Shown: in pieces, positions 38,870 through 50,340 of the stretch
Layout of the letters: each line of letters starts with the position of its first letter
Position numbering within the stretch: position 1 is the stretch's first letter
NCBI GenBank assembly: GCA_013265495.1
Contig: MU057781.1
Coordinates: 62,001-126,000, forward strand
Length of the DNA stretch: 64,000 bases
Direction: 5' to 3'
DNA from: Vicugna vicugna
Taxonomy: Eukaryota
Program-made: the position numbers and the translations under genes
The notes under the pieces: generated by a model
What the model saw: only the letters and a program-made list of their open reading frames with translations
Told to the model about the DNA's origin: nothing
The model's database searches: none

Positions 38870-39913
38870 CTGCAGGGGAGGGACAGGGAGGTCAGCACAC
38901 ACACCCGGAGCCCACTGGGGACTATGCCACTTCGTTACGCGACATGCGAGCACCCAGAAGACAAGAGTGCGGTAACCCCCTTTCTTGGAAGCCCTAGCCA
39001 GGGGCCACTGTCCCAGAAATACAGGTGATGAGCTCTCACCCTGCCCAAATGTCACCTGTGCAGGGGGGGCGACGTCACAAGGCTTGCAGGCACCAGGGGA
39101 CACGCCTGCCTGAAAGAGAAGTAACTTGGCTGCTGCTGATGCTGCGGTGCTCAGCGAACAGAGCAGATTACGCGATCACTTGTGTGTCTACACGACAGCG
39201 TCACTCACTCGACACGTCTGCACGTGGCTGTCTAGACGCCGAGGGTGATCTAGCCCTCAGGGCAGAGCAGTGGCCCAGGCAGATGGGAGGCCTGCCCACA
39301 GGGGCCCCGCATCCAGGTGGGTAAGACACACGTGCAAGCTTTTCTTGTTGATTTGCTTCATGTCACAGGTTAGAGGGAAGGAAAGCAGGGAAAAGGGCCG
39401 AGAACTGGTAGGTGGGTTTCAGCTTTAAATGGGGTTGTGGGGAGGGTCTTCACTGGGAAGGGGACGCAGAGGTGACGGCCTTCAGGAGGCAAGCAGGGAG
39501 CCACACTGGCACCTGAGGAAGAGCAGGTTGGGGAGAGGTGAAGGGGGTGCAAAGGCCCTGAGGCGCACGCCTACCCAGTGTGCTCCAGCAGCTGCAAGGA
39601 GGCCCGGGAGGCTGGAGGGGCTGGGCAAGGGACAGAGATGAGGGACTGGGGGGAGCAGGTTTTCAGGGACACAGGCACATTGCTGACCTAGGATTCCACT
39701 CAGAGAGGCAGGTGTGGGAGGAGGTGGAATGAGGGGGTGCTCTGACTTCCATTTCACGTCCTCACCCTGGCTGCTCTGCTGGGAGCAGCCTGAGGTCCGG
39801 ACACAGCGCCTGATCTATTGTGTCTCTTTGTCTCTTTGTAATTTCCAAAGGCCCTATGATGGGCATATACAGATTTTTAACATTAAATTTAATTTTTGAA
39901 ATTTTAACATTAA

Positions 39914-40515
39914 AAAATTGAAGTCTAGTTGATCTACAGTGTTGTGTTAGTTTCTGGTGTGCAGCACAGTGGTTCAGTTACACATGTACGCACTCTTTTC
40001 CATAATCTCTTTCTTTTTTATTTTTTTTGGGGGTAATTGGTTTATTTGTTTCTTCATTTGTTGATGGAGGGGCTGGTGATTGAACCCAGGGCCTGGTGTG
40101 TGATGAGCACGTGCTCCACCCCGAGCCACACCCCCCATACGCTCTTTCATTACCAGTTACTACAAGCTATTGAGTGTAGCTCCCTGTGGTTTACCTAGTC
40201 TGTGCATAGCAGTTGGTATCTGCACATCTCCGACTCCCGATTTACCCTTCTCTCCTTCCTGGTCACTGTAAGTTTGTTTTCTTTTCTGTGACTGTTTCTG
40301 TTCTGTAACTAAGTTCATTTATGTCATTTTTTCCTTCCACGTATAAGTGGTGTCACATGACGTTTGCCTCTGTCTGACTTCCTTCACTTAGTGTGACCGT
40401 CTCCAGGTCTGTCCGTGTTGCTGCGCACGGCATTATTTGTTCTTTTTTTGGCTGAGTAACACTCCATCGTATATATATGCCACATCTGTATCCAGCCATC
40501 TGTCGATGAACATCT
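39914..40515 (-). mobile_element. Cetartiodactyl-type L1 3' end, interrupted by a SINE
   Basis: aattgaagtctagttgatctacagtgttgtgttagtttctggtgtgcagc...tctgacttccttcacttagtgtgac...tttttggctgagtaacactccat. Confidence 0.85.
40014..40135 (-). mobile_element. vic-1-like SINE inserted into the L1
   Basis: T-rich tail, then gatggaggggctggtgattgaacccagggcc (reverse-complement B box). A 13-bp TSD cataatctctttc (40001-40013) / catacgctctttc (40136-40148) has 2 mismatches. Confidence 0.8.
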
Positions 40516-40519
40516 AATT

Positions 40520-42712
40520 TTTCACACAGCAAGTTGAGCAGGAGGCACAGAGAGCCCCACACACCCCCATACCCGGTTTCCGCTCTGATCGCCCTGGTGC
40601 ATCGAGCGCTCCCTGTGTTACCCCTTATGAGCCAACACTGATACACCGTTATTAATCAGAGTCCAGAGTTTACCATACACTGCTTGTGTTGAACATTCTA
40701 TGAGTTTTGCCAGATGCACGATAAATGGCACGTGTCTGTCTGCACAGCGTCACACAGGACGAATTCACTGTCCTAGAAACCCCGTGTGCTCTGCCTGTTC
40801 ATCTCCACCCCCACGTGCCACCACCCCTGAAATCTGCCTTCTGTCTCCACGTTTTCCCTTTTCCCACAAGGTCTCACAGCGGGAGCCACACAGAACGGAG
40901 CCTTCTCAGCCTGGCCTCTGCCACGTGGCAGCACGGCCACCTCGTGTAACTGCACTTCCCTTGACTGTGCACTGTGGAAACTGCCTTCTTTACAAGTTGA
41001 AGGGCTGAAGGGCTGTGGAAACCCGGCATGGGGCCAGCCTATCGGCACCATCTGTCCAACAGCATCTGCTCACGTCACGTCTCTGTCACACTCTGACGAT
41101 TCTCGTCGTATTTCAGAACTGTCACTGTTACTGTACTTGTTGCGGCGGTCTGTGGCCTGTGGTCGGTGGCATCTGACGTTGCCGTGGCAATCGTTCCGGG
41201 CGGCACAAGCTGCGTCCACATAAGATGGCGGACTTAATGCATAAATGCTCTGTGTTCTGACGGTCCCACCCGCCGGCCACTGCCCGGTCTCTCTCTCTCC
41301 TTAGGCCTCCCCACACCTGAGACACAGTAATACTGGAATTAGGCCATTTGACTTTTGAGTCTCATTATTTAAGAAATACGTTTCATAAGGCTATAGCCAC
41401 CCTAGGTGGCAGTTTCTCCGGTGGATCTGGGCAAAGTCAATTGAAAGCCTTCCGGAAAGGATTCGCCATCTGAAGTGCCATGAAGAGCATTTGTGATGCA
41501 TGGGATGAGGTCAAAATACCGACCTTAACAGGGTTTTGGAAGAAGTTGGCTCCAGCCCTCATGGAAGACTTTGAGGGGTTCAAGACCTCCGTGGAGGAAG
41601 TCACTGCAGACTCGATGGAAACAGCAAGAGAAGCTGACTTAGGCGTGGAGCCTGAGGAGGGGACTGAATGGCTGCCCTTTCACGATAACATTTTAGTGGG
41701 TGAAGAGCTGCTGCTTAGGGCTGAGCAGAGAAAGTGGTTTCTCGGGATGGGGTCTACACCTGGTGAAGACGCCGTGAAGATTATTGAAATGACAGCAAAG
41801 GATATGACTGCAACTTAGTGTTCAGAGCAGTGAGCAGGATGGGGAAGACTGACTCCAATTTTGAAAGAAGTTCTAACTGTGGGTAAAACGCTATCGAGCA
41901 GCATTACGTGCTACAGAGAAATTGCTCATGAAAGAAAAAGTCGATTGGTGTGGCGAATTCATTGTTGTCTTATTTCAAGAAATTGCCACCCCAGCCTTCA
42001 GCGGCCACCACTCGGATCAGTCAGCAACATCAAGGCAGGACTCTCCAGCAAAAAGATTACAACTTGCTGAAGGCCCGGATGACAGTCAACCTTTTTTAGC
42101 AAGAAGTTATCTAAGGCATGTACACTGTTGCAGACAGAACGCTACTGCACACTTAGTAGGCTGCAGTATATTGTAAACATAACGTTTATATGCATTTAGA
42201 AACCAAGAATTCTGTTTTATTGCCACGTTCCTTTCATGGCAGTGGTCTGGATCCGAACCAGCGGTATCTCTGAGGTATGCTGGGATGTATTTATTCCTTT
42301 GTGTCTTTTCATGGCAAAATAGCTCATTTCTTTTTATTACTAAATAATATGCTATTGTCTGGACGGACCACAGTTTTCCCATTCACCTACAGGAAGGATA
42401 TCCTGAGTGCTTCACGGTTTTACAATTATGAATAAAATAGCTATAAACATGTGTGTGCACGTTTTTGTATGGACAAGGGTCTCAGCTTATTTGGGTAAAC
42501 ACCGAGCGGCGTGACAGCTGGACGACGTGGTAAGACTGCCTTCAGTTGTCTGAGGAACCGACACACGGTCTCCCAAAGTGGTGGCCCCGTTTTCTGTCCC
42601 CACCAGCAACGAACGAGAGTTCCCGTGGCCGCAGAGCCCCACTGGCACCTGGTGTCGATGCTGCAGGTGTCAGCCATCCTCACGTGCTTGTGGTGGTGTC
42701 TTAGCATCGTCA
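40520..42712 (-). mobile_element. L1MC-type 3' region split by Tigger1 (pieces ~40520-40931 and ~42285-42712)
   Basis: agcaagttgagcaggaggcacagaga...tgagccaacactgatacac... The L1 sequence resumes colinearly after the Tigger (gtcttttcatggc...atagctcatttcttttt). Confidence 0.75.
40932..42282 (+). mobile_element. Tigger1 (TcMar-Tigger) DNA transposon, internally deleted, with both ends present
   Basis: The 5' region is colinear with Tigger1 up to gaattaggcca and then jumps at ~41349 to the transposase 3' part. ORF 41480-41818 reads WDEVKIPTLTGFWKKLAPALMEDFEGFKTSVEEVTAD. The right TIR remnant is tatctctgaggtatgctg. Confidence 0.92.
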
Positions 42713-44099
42713 CACACAGATTTAAAGTCAGAAAAAACTCCACTATTCAACACACGTCGTTTTACTCAACAATAAAAACATGTTATAGACTGTGTAAAAT
42801 GGAGTAAATGAGACATGAAAATGTGCCCAGGGTCCTGCAGCCAAACGCTGATGATCTCCTGTGACGCACCAACCGGAAGTGCCCAGCACCGCGCTCCGGC
42901 TGTGCTGGTGACAGGCCGCGAGCAAGCAGCATGCTCTGCCCTTCCCCGGGGCGTGAGGATAAACTCTCCCCTCGTCATGGAAAGGCCCTCCCGAGCCCAG
43001 TGGCTAATCGGAGCCCAGCATCCCAGGCCGTGGACCTGCCACACAAACCTGCCACGTTCACGTACCCAGCCCATCCTAATCGGCGGTGCTCGTCATAAAT
43101 GAACGCGACACAAACAGCTGTGTACAAAGGTAATTTCTGCACGTACCGCCTGTCCCAGGAGGGACGTCCAGGGTCAAGACCGGGCGTGCCTGCGCCAGGC
43201 TGGTGAGGTCATTCTGTGACGTCCGCACACGGCGAAGCTGCGCACAAACGTCTCCGTAAACGCAGCCCCGCCCCGTTTCTACTCACTTCACTGCAGGTGT
43301 TTTCACTGAGTCCAGCTGCTCGTCGGCCCTGCTCAGACAGGGCTGCGGGCGCGAGCCTGCGTGAAAGACCTGGGGGTCTTAACGTCTCCCCTTACCAAGT
43401 GACCTCAGGGACGGCCACCTGATGATTCGGTAGCTGAACTTCATCTACTGTGCGGGATGAAGTGACCTTTCAGCAAAGGATGAGAAAGTAACTAACAATG
43501 ATTCAAAAGAAACAGGTGCCCGGCAGGAGCTTCTCACGGATGAGGGTGTGGGAGGAGCCTCATCATCACATGGCTCTTTTCTCAAAAACAGTGAGTCAAC
43601 CAAAGCGGGGGGAAAATGTCAGTTCTACCTGTCTCTTAAAAAAAACCCTGGAAAGGTAGTTTTTAATCTGCTTTGAGTTCATTCATTTACATATAAAAAT
43701 GCACCACCTGCCAGTTAGTTCACAAATCGAGTGGATGAGATGAGTGGAGATGGAAGGTTATAACCAGTGTGGACGAAACTGCTGCCGCGGTTGGTGGATG
43801 AGATGGAGAAGGGGTCCTGGTCTCATCCCCGCGAGGCCCCCATCAGCCCCCAGACCTGGCCCAGGTGCGCTGTGCCTGACACCTCTGCGGGTGCAGGACT
43901 CAGCCCCCAGCCTCCAGCCTCCAAGCCGGGAGCGAGAGCCAGGTGAGCTCAGCGCTCTGGGCGGGTTGAAGAGGCAGCACATGCGCCGTGGGAGGAGGGG
44001 TCCGCCCCTCCGCCGATGCAGCGTCACCACCAGCCCCGCGTGGGCGGAGCCGCTGGCCGCTTCCTCCCTCCGTCTCCATCCCCCCGGCCCCCACCTCGG

Positions 44100-44315
44100 T
44101 CAGGCATTTATCAAGCATCTCCATGCGCCAGGCCGCACACAGCCCCAACGGGAAAGACGATGCCACAGGAGACACCGATGCAAACAGTGGCCCGCAGGTC
44201 CCTGCTGCCCACGGATGCCAGCCAGGAGGTGCACAGGGACCACCAGGGCCCGGGGACACGAGCTGCTCCGGGAGAGATGCCTTTTGAGCCGAGTTTTGGA
44301 AGATGAGCAGGCACT
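44100..44315 (-). mobile_element. L2 LINE 3' fragment
   Basis: gcatttatcaagcatctccatgcgccagg...ttttgagccgagttttggaagatgagcagg resembles antisense L2. Confidence 0.55.
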
Positions 44316-46263
44316 CAATAAATCGTGCTGGCTGATAAGTAATTATCATAACTTGCTTTCCCCAAAGGACTGCTGAGAATCCCTTAGCTGAGTAAATAAA
44401 CTGAGGTAAGAGGTACAGCCACAAAAAAAAAAAAAAAGCCGCTAAGCCAGCTAAGAGGTAAGCCAGCAGTGCTCTCCCGTAAGGATTACTTACAAAAATC
44501 AATCTGTTAAGTAAAACAGTAATTAACTGTGTGCTTCCCTTGAAGGCAGTCAGAGGAGAGTGTGCCTGCCGGCCACTGTGGGGACCACGGGGGCCCTGGG
44601 TTGTCACTTCTGTCACTACTGCTGGCTCCTGCTCTCTCTCTCTGATGGCTGCACTTGCCAAGGAGCTCTGTTTGCATCTTTACTCTGAATCACCCCATGA
44701 GAGCCACACGAAGGAGGACTTCTATGGCCCTGTTGTAGCCAGAGACGTGGACCCAGGGAGGCTCAAAAGACTCACAACGGCCCTGGAAAAAGACAGGACC
44801 AACTCTAAAGCCACGCGGTCTGCCCTGAGCCCCGCGGCAGGGCTGGCTGGGGCCCATCCCGCTAAACACGAGCCCCCTCCAGTCTGGACCCCTGGATGGA
44901 CCGGAGCATCTGAAAGGCTTGCTCCCTTGTGCTGCCAGAGCCCAGCCTGCCATCTGCACGGGGCCCTGCGGTCACTGACACACTCATGTACTTATAGGAG
45001 AGGGTGGGGGTCCCTCTGTGGCCTGCTGGGCTCACAGGCACCCTGGCCACGGACACCCTCCTAGCACCTGCTTCCAAAACTGGAACCCACCAGCATCTGG
45101 AGTTTGCTTTTCCCAGGATTCAACAGAAAAGAAGAAAAGAAAGCCTGGTGGCCCAGGGACTGGGACAGTGGGACAGGCAGGGGACCTAGGCCATCCAGCC
45201 TCAGGCTGAGATGCCAGGTGGGCTAAGGTGCTGGGTTCAGGGGTGTCCTCTCAGACACCGACAGCCTGGTCGTTCCTGACCCCCAGCTCTTCTCTCCCCA
45301 CAGGCTTGCACTGGAACAGAGCCGGCTGTCAGCCCGAGGGTCTCCGTCACTGGCTGCATCCCTCAAGGGAAGAACGGGAGAGGAGAGGACCTCCCCTGTG
45401 GGCCAGGCCTCCGGCCTCTCTGCCGGAGGGACGCTCAACCTGCAGGGGCTTCCCTGGCAACGGAGGATCCTTGGGGTTGTAACTGCCCGTGGGCTGCAGA
45501 ATGGACAGAATGCTAGACATTTAACTTCTGTATCTTCACCAAAGAGCAGGAAGAAGGCGTCACCTGTGAGGACACGACGAGGACGGAAAGGCCTTCATCT
45601 CAGGACGCAGAGGGCGTGGAGTGAACACCGGGTCGGCGGCGGGTTCTGATGACCAGGAGCCTCGCCTGGTGCCCAGCTGCCGCGCTCCCTGCTCAGCCAC
45701 ATCGTCCACACAGCCAACAGTCGTCAGTTTATTTCAGTTTATTGCGTCTATTTAGTAAAAGATTCGCCTCCAGGCAATGAACCTACCAACTGGTGATTAT
45801 GTCTGCAAACACGACTGTTTGGTTGGGCCGTGACTTCAGACAGCCGTGCACACACAGCGGCTTCACCAGAGGTGGGTCTGGGGTCTCTGGTGGCACATAA
45901 GCAGAGGGGAGGAGGGAGGGCCAGGTGCGCTTGAGACCACAGGCTCCTCCTTCGTTCCCTGTCCTCTGAGGGCGTCCTGTCCTGTGCCCTGACAGCCAGC
46001 TCCCCAGAACAAGGAGATCCGTCCGCGCTCGCCCGGCTCCTTTTAGGAAGCGCAGTGATGGGGCTCGGTGCCCAAGACCAGCGCCACGTTCCTGCAGGTG
46101 TGTTTGAACTGCTGCTTAAAGAGGTGGCCCTTTGTTTGCCTTTCTCGGTGTTTGCATTCAGCGGTTTTCTGAGGGAGGCACCCAGTTCCCGGTCTTGTTA
46201 ACGTTTTCCACGCGCTGAGGACGCAAACTCATGGGCTGGGCTGCGTGTCCACCCAAGCTCCAC

Positions 46264-46916
46264 GGTCACGCCCGCCTCCCTCGCCCAAGTGTCTGCTCCC
46301 CCATCGGGCTCTGGCTGGATGTGAGCAGCTCAAGGCACCCGCCACACTTGTCTTCTCTGCCCCACCCGGCGCCTCCCCCGCCCCGAGAGGAATTAACACA
46401 GATCTTGACGTCCCAGGGTATGGTGACAAAGAAAGGAAAGAGATAAACAAAAGCCAGGTGGAAGCTGCTGGAACCGAGATGGCACGGATCTGCCCTCCGG
46501 CAGGCCTGAGTCCCGGTCTACGCTGATTTCCCTGCATCAGCTCCTACGTGACACACCTATGACTGCAAGTCATGGACCAGTGAAGGATAAAGAGTGGGTG
46601 GCTCTGGCCCACTCCTCGGAAAGCCCCATCCCTTCCACGGAGACGATGCAACTGCCTCCCCATCGCGAGCCTCACTCCTCCTCCCTCGTCTTCACTCTTT
46701 AAAATCAAATCCCTCTCGCCACGTGGGCGAGAAGTTGATCTGGGAACACAAGTTCCTGCTTCTCCAGTCTTTGGCCACCAAATAAAGCTGGCTCCACGTT
46801 GACCTCAGCTCTGGCTTTGTTATTGGGCTGCACCACCCCCAATGGAAGAAGAGCCCTTCGGCCCGAGGCAGAGGCCCCGGCCAGGCCAGGGGTCCATATG
46901 ACTTAATTCAGCAACA
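46264..46916 (+). mobile_element. ERV1 (MER4-group) solo LTR; 5' boundary uncertain (46196-46264)
   Basis: gaaccgagatggc block, TATA-like tttaaaa near 46698, AATAAA at 46781-46786, and 3' end ttcagcaaca. Possible CCAC TSD (46260-46263 / 46917-46920). Confidence 0.7.
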
Positions 46917-49900
46917 CCACCCCCAACACTCGTGTTGTTCTGCTAGACGCCTGCCCCTGTGGACCCCAAGTCGGCAAGATTTACCTGCGTTGGGTGCCCT
47001 TCCCTCTGCCTCCCCTCGATTCCAGTATTCAGAAGACGACCTTCTCGTGCAAATCCCCCTCGCCTGTCCACAGATCCCCTCGGTTTGGGGGGATTTACAG
47101 GCATGTCTGGCTCAGAACTGTTCTGCAAAGGGCGGGTTTCAGTTTAGCTGTTTCACTTAAAACTTCCCTGGGACGCCAGCTCCTCAGCAGGGCGCCCTCT
47201 GCTCTCTGACTCGCTTTACTGCAGCTTTGGCCGCATATCTGTACATGTTGCAGGTTTCACCCAGAACTGGGAGGCCCCATCGACCCCCGATACATCCTGG
47301 CTGTGGGCACAGACCCCAAAGACCCCACTGTGGTGCTCCGAGCCCCCCACCCCTGACTGATGGTCCTTCCAGGTCCTTGTCTCCAATCATATGATGAAAG
47401 GTGCTCCCTGCCTTGACGGGGCCACCAGCCATGATTAGTCCAGACACTTCCCTCCCAGCTCTGGGGACCCTCTCAGCCAGGTCCCCTCCCACAGAGCGGA
47501 GGAGCAGAAGGCGTGGTTTTGACGTGTGTCTCTGTCCTGTCAGGGACACTGATGACACAAGCTCCAGCAGTGCCCTGGGACCCCACCGCATCACTGTGGA
47601 CCAGCACCTGCCCCCAGCAGACAGAGGTCCACCCCTCACCCAGAGCCGCAGGCATCGTGAAGGCGGGGGACCAGCTCTGCCTGCCCCCCCAGCACACATG
47701 CCAGGCGAGGATGTGCGAGTTACTTCATGGCAAGAGGGGGCGAATGCACTTAGCTTTGTGCACCAGCTTAGAAGTACTGATTTACTGTTATTTTTATGGT
47801 TTCCTGGAAGTGGGTGCACAATAATTTGAATATTCATTTTATCAAAGCTAGACATTCATTACACCCCCCCAAAGAACAGACTGCCACTCATACCGAGTCA
47901 TCCCGGTGTCCCAACGGCTGCAGTGAGCGTGGCCAATGAGGAGAGCGGGAGGGGAGCAGGGCAGCAACCGCCTTCATCAGGAACCGGCAGGCAGACTGAC
48001 CGCAGCTTCTCATGGGCGCCTCCCGCCCACCTTCCCCTCTGGGCCGGCACCTGCCTGGGCAGCCGGCTCTGTGGAACCCCAGATCCATCACGGGGAGGAG
48101 CGGAGTGGGTGGCTGACCCGGGCCGCGGTGGGAAGGGACTGGGACAAGTGCACGTGCCCAGCCCAGCTGGGCCCCGGGCTGGCTCAGCAGCGTGACTGCC
48201 CCCCGACCCGACTCATGCTCCACCAGAGCGTCCAGGGCCACACACGGTAACAAACCCCTTGAGGGCAGGACTGTGCTCGCAGGACGTTTTCCAGTAAGGC
48301 GTATGCAGTGGGAGCTTAACAAATGCACCTCAGCCAAGCGGCTGCTTGACGTTCGTCTCCTGCAGGGCCCATTCTGCAAGTGGCTCAGTGGGCTCAGTGG
48401 GTCCAAGCGGGTTCTCCGACTTCTGAGGGGACTCCCGGGCGGGGGCTCCCTCGGGGACTCCGGCCACGGCGGCCCCATGCGGGGTCCCCGGGTGCACGTG
48501 GCTGTCCCTCGAAGGACTGTCGTTTTCTGTAGCACGCCGTGGCATTTCAAAGACTTCACCGTTTGCTTGGAAACATGCGTTTTCCCCATGAAAGCTGCGG
48601 CAGGTGGCTTCTGCTCCTCACAGGCCGCCCAGGTCTCACTGACCTTGAAACAGGACAATATCCTATCTGTCTGCACAGCAACAAAGTCGTGGGGAGGGCG
48701 TCTGGGAGGCAGTGAGCAGAGCCGCGCTCGCACCGTCAGACAGCTGTTCCCAGCCCCGCGTGATGCTCAAGGCGGACACGATTTACGCTCACCTCTTACC
48801 TGTCTCGTAACATCCCACGGCAGTAATAAAGCACAGGAAATTGTTCTCAGCCCACGTCTTTCTCTTCAGAGACGCATTCAGACAGCGACGCCATCAGCCG
48901 GCTGACAATTTTTAGTTTCCCTGCTTCGCGGTGTCTCTCCTCATTATGAAATTAAGATGACTGAAGACCTCATAATGGACACGGCAAACACGCCTTTCCC
49001 TTCACCACCTGCCAAGAGAGGGTTCCATCCCTGAATCCCCAGGCAGAGGCGTTCACGAGATGCTCAGGGCACAGACGGGGCTCTAATGATCGCACCGGGA
49101 TAGACGCACCCAGCTGACAACTCAGCTCCTCAAAACCCAAACGCTCTCCCAGGAGACAGCCTCTGGAACAGAGGTGTTTGAGAATAGAAATATCTGAGAC
49201 AGACATTTTCAGAAAAGTGTTCCTATGTAGTTGCTCTTAAAACGTGCTGCACTGAACACGCCTCAGCAGAACAGGGTCCAGCTGTGCCCATCCCTGTGCG
49301 AGCGCTGGGGCCTAGCCCCTGGCCACCAGGCAGGGCGGTGCCTGCCCTTGTGGGATCGGCCCCGCAGGCGAGAGGGGAAGTTGAGTTTTCAGAATCAGGG
49401 CGTCGCTGGGGGTGGGGGTGGGGCCCCGGCTGAGAGAGGAACCCTAGGGAGCAAGGGCAGCCGCACCTGCCCGGACCACGCCCGCCGCCGCCAGCCCGGG
49501 CACCGCTCCCCGCGGAGGGCGGCTGCCGAGGACGGAGGGGGGCCCGCTACGGAGGCTGCGGAACATGCGCAGGAGATGTCGGCTCATTCTGAACTTCAGC
49601 TGCTGAGTCATAAGAAGGACTTCCCGCAGCAGTGCGCACGCACCTTGCAGCTTTCACAGCTGTCCCCGTCACTGCAGCTACACAGGGGGCAGCAAGAAAT
49701 CCCCTGCAGGCTGGGGAGGTGGTGGCCGGTCCCCACTCCAGCACGCAGGAGGCCGCCCTCTGCTTCCTGACGAGACGCTGACGTCCAGCCACGGCCGTGT
49801 CCATGAGCTCATTCTCCCAGGGAGCGTGCGGGGCGCCCCGTGGTGGAGGCTGCCAGCCCCCTTCCCTGCAGGGCCTCACGGTCCCCTGAGAACGCAGAGC

Positions 49901-50059
49901 CGGGCTCTCTGGGGCAGCACCTCCACCGAAGCCGGGACTCCGAGCCCAGGGCCTTGGGCCGGGGAACGTGACCTCCCAGGGCCCGCAGATCCTCACTGAG
50001 ACTTCAGGACGGCCGCGCCTTCCCCAGATCAGGCTCCTGCAGCCCCATCCCCTCTGGTT

Positions 50060-50340
50060 TATCTCCACACTTGAGCCACAGGTGCCTTTTCAAAACACAG
50101 AACTGACTGTGTCTCTTCCGTAGGGTCATTAACTGACGCGGCGGCGGCCGGGCCACCCTCCTGCCTCCCTGCCCGGCGCTCCTGCCGCTGCTCCAGAGTC
50201 GCTCCAGGCCCCACCCCTTCAAGCTCACCTCTCCCCGTCTCCCCCCCACCGACCCCCGGCCCCAGGCACTTGCAGGGGGATCACTCTTCCCTCCGCGTGT
50301 AAAGTCGCCCCATCACCCTGACAGCCCCGCCTTCTCTGTC
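50060..50340 (+). mobile_element. L2 LINE fragment
   Basis: ctccacacttgagccacaggtgcctttcaaaacacagaactgactgtgtc resembles L2. Confidence 0.45.

Noticed and set aside
38710..38997. Plus-strand ORF with MAAAAAAAM
   Set aside because: It is the antisense shadow of the real TCERG1L exon and its GCC repeat.
43420..43480. UGAUGA plus hairpin suggesting a C/D box snoRNA
   Set aside because: No properly placed terminal D box, and it is antisense to the host gene.
47888..48905. Overlapping 281-aa and 237-aa ORFs on opposite strands
   Set aside because: No recognisable homology, and the composition is typical of stop-poor GC-rich noncoding DNA.
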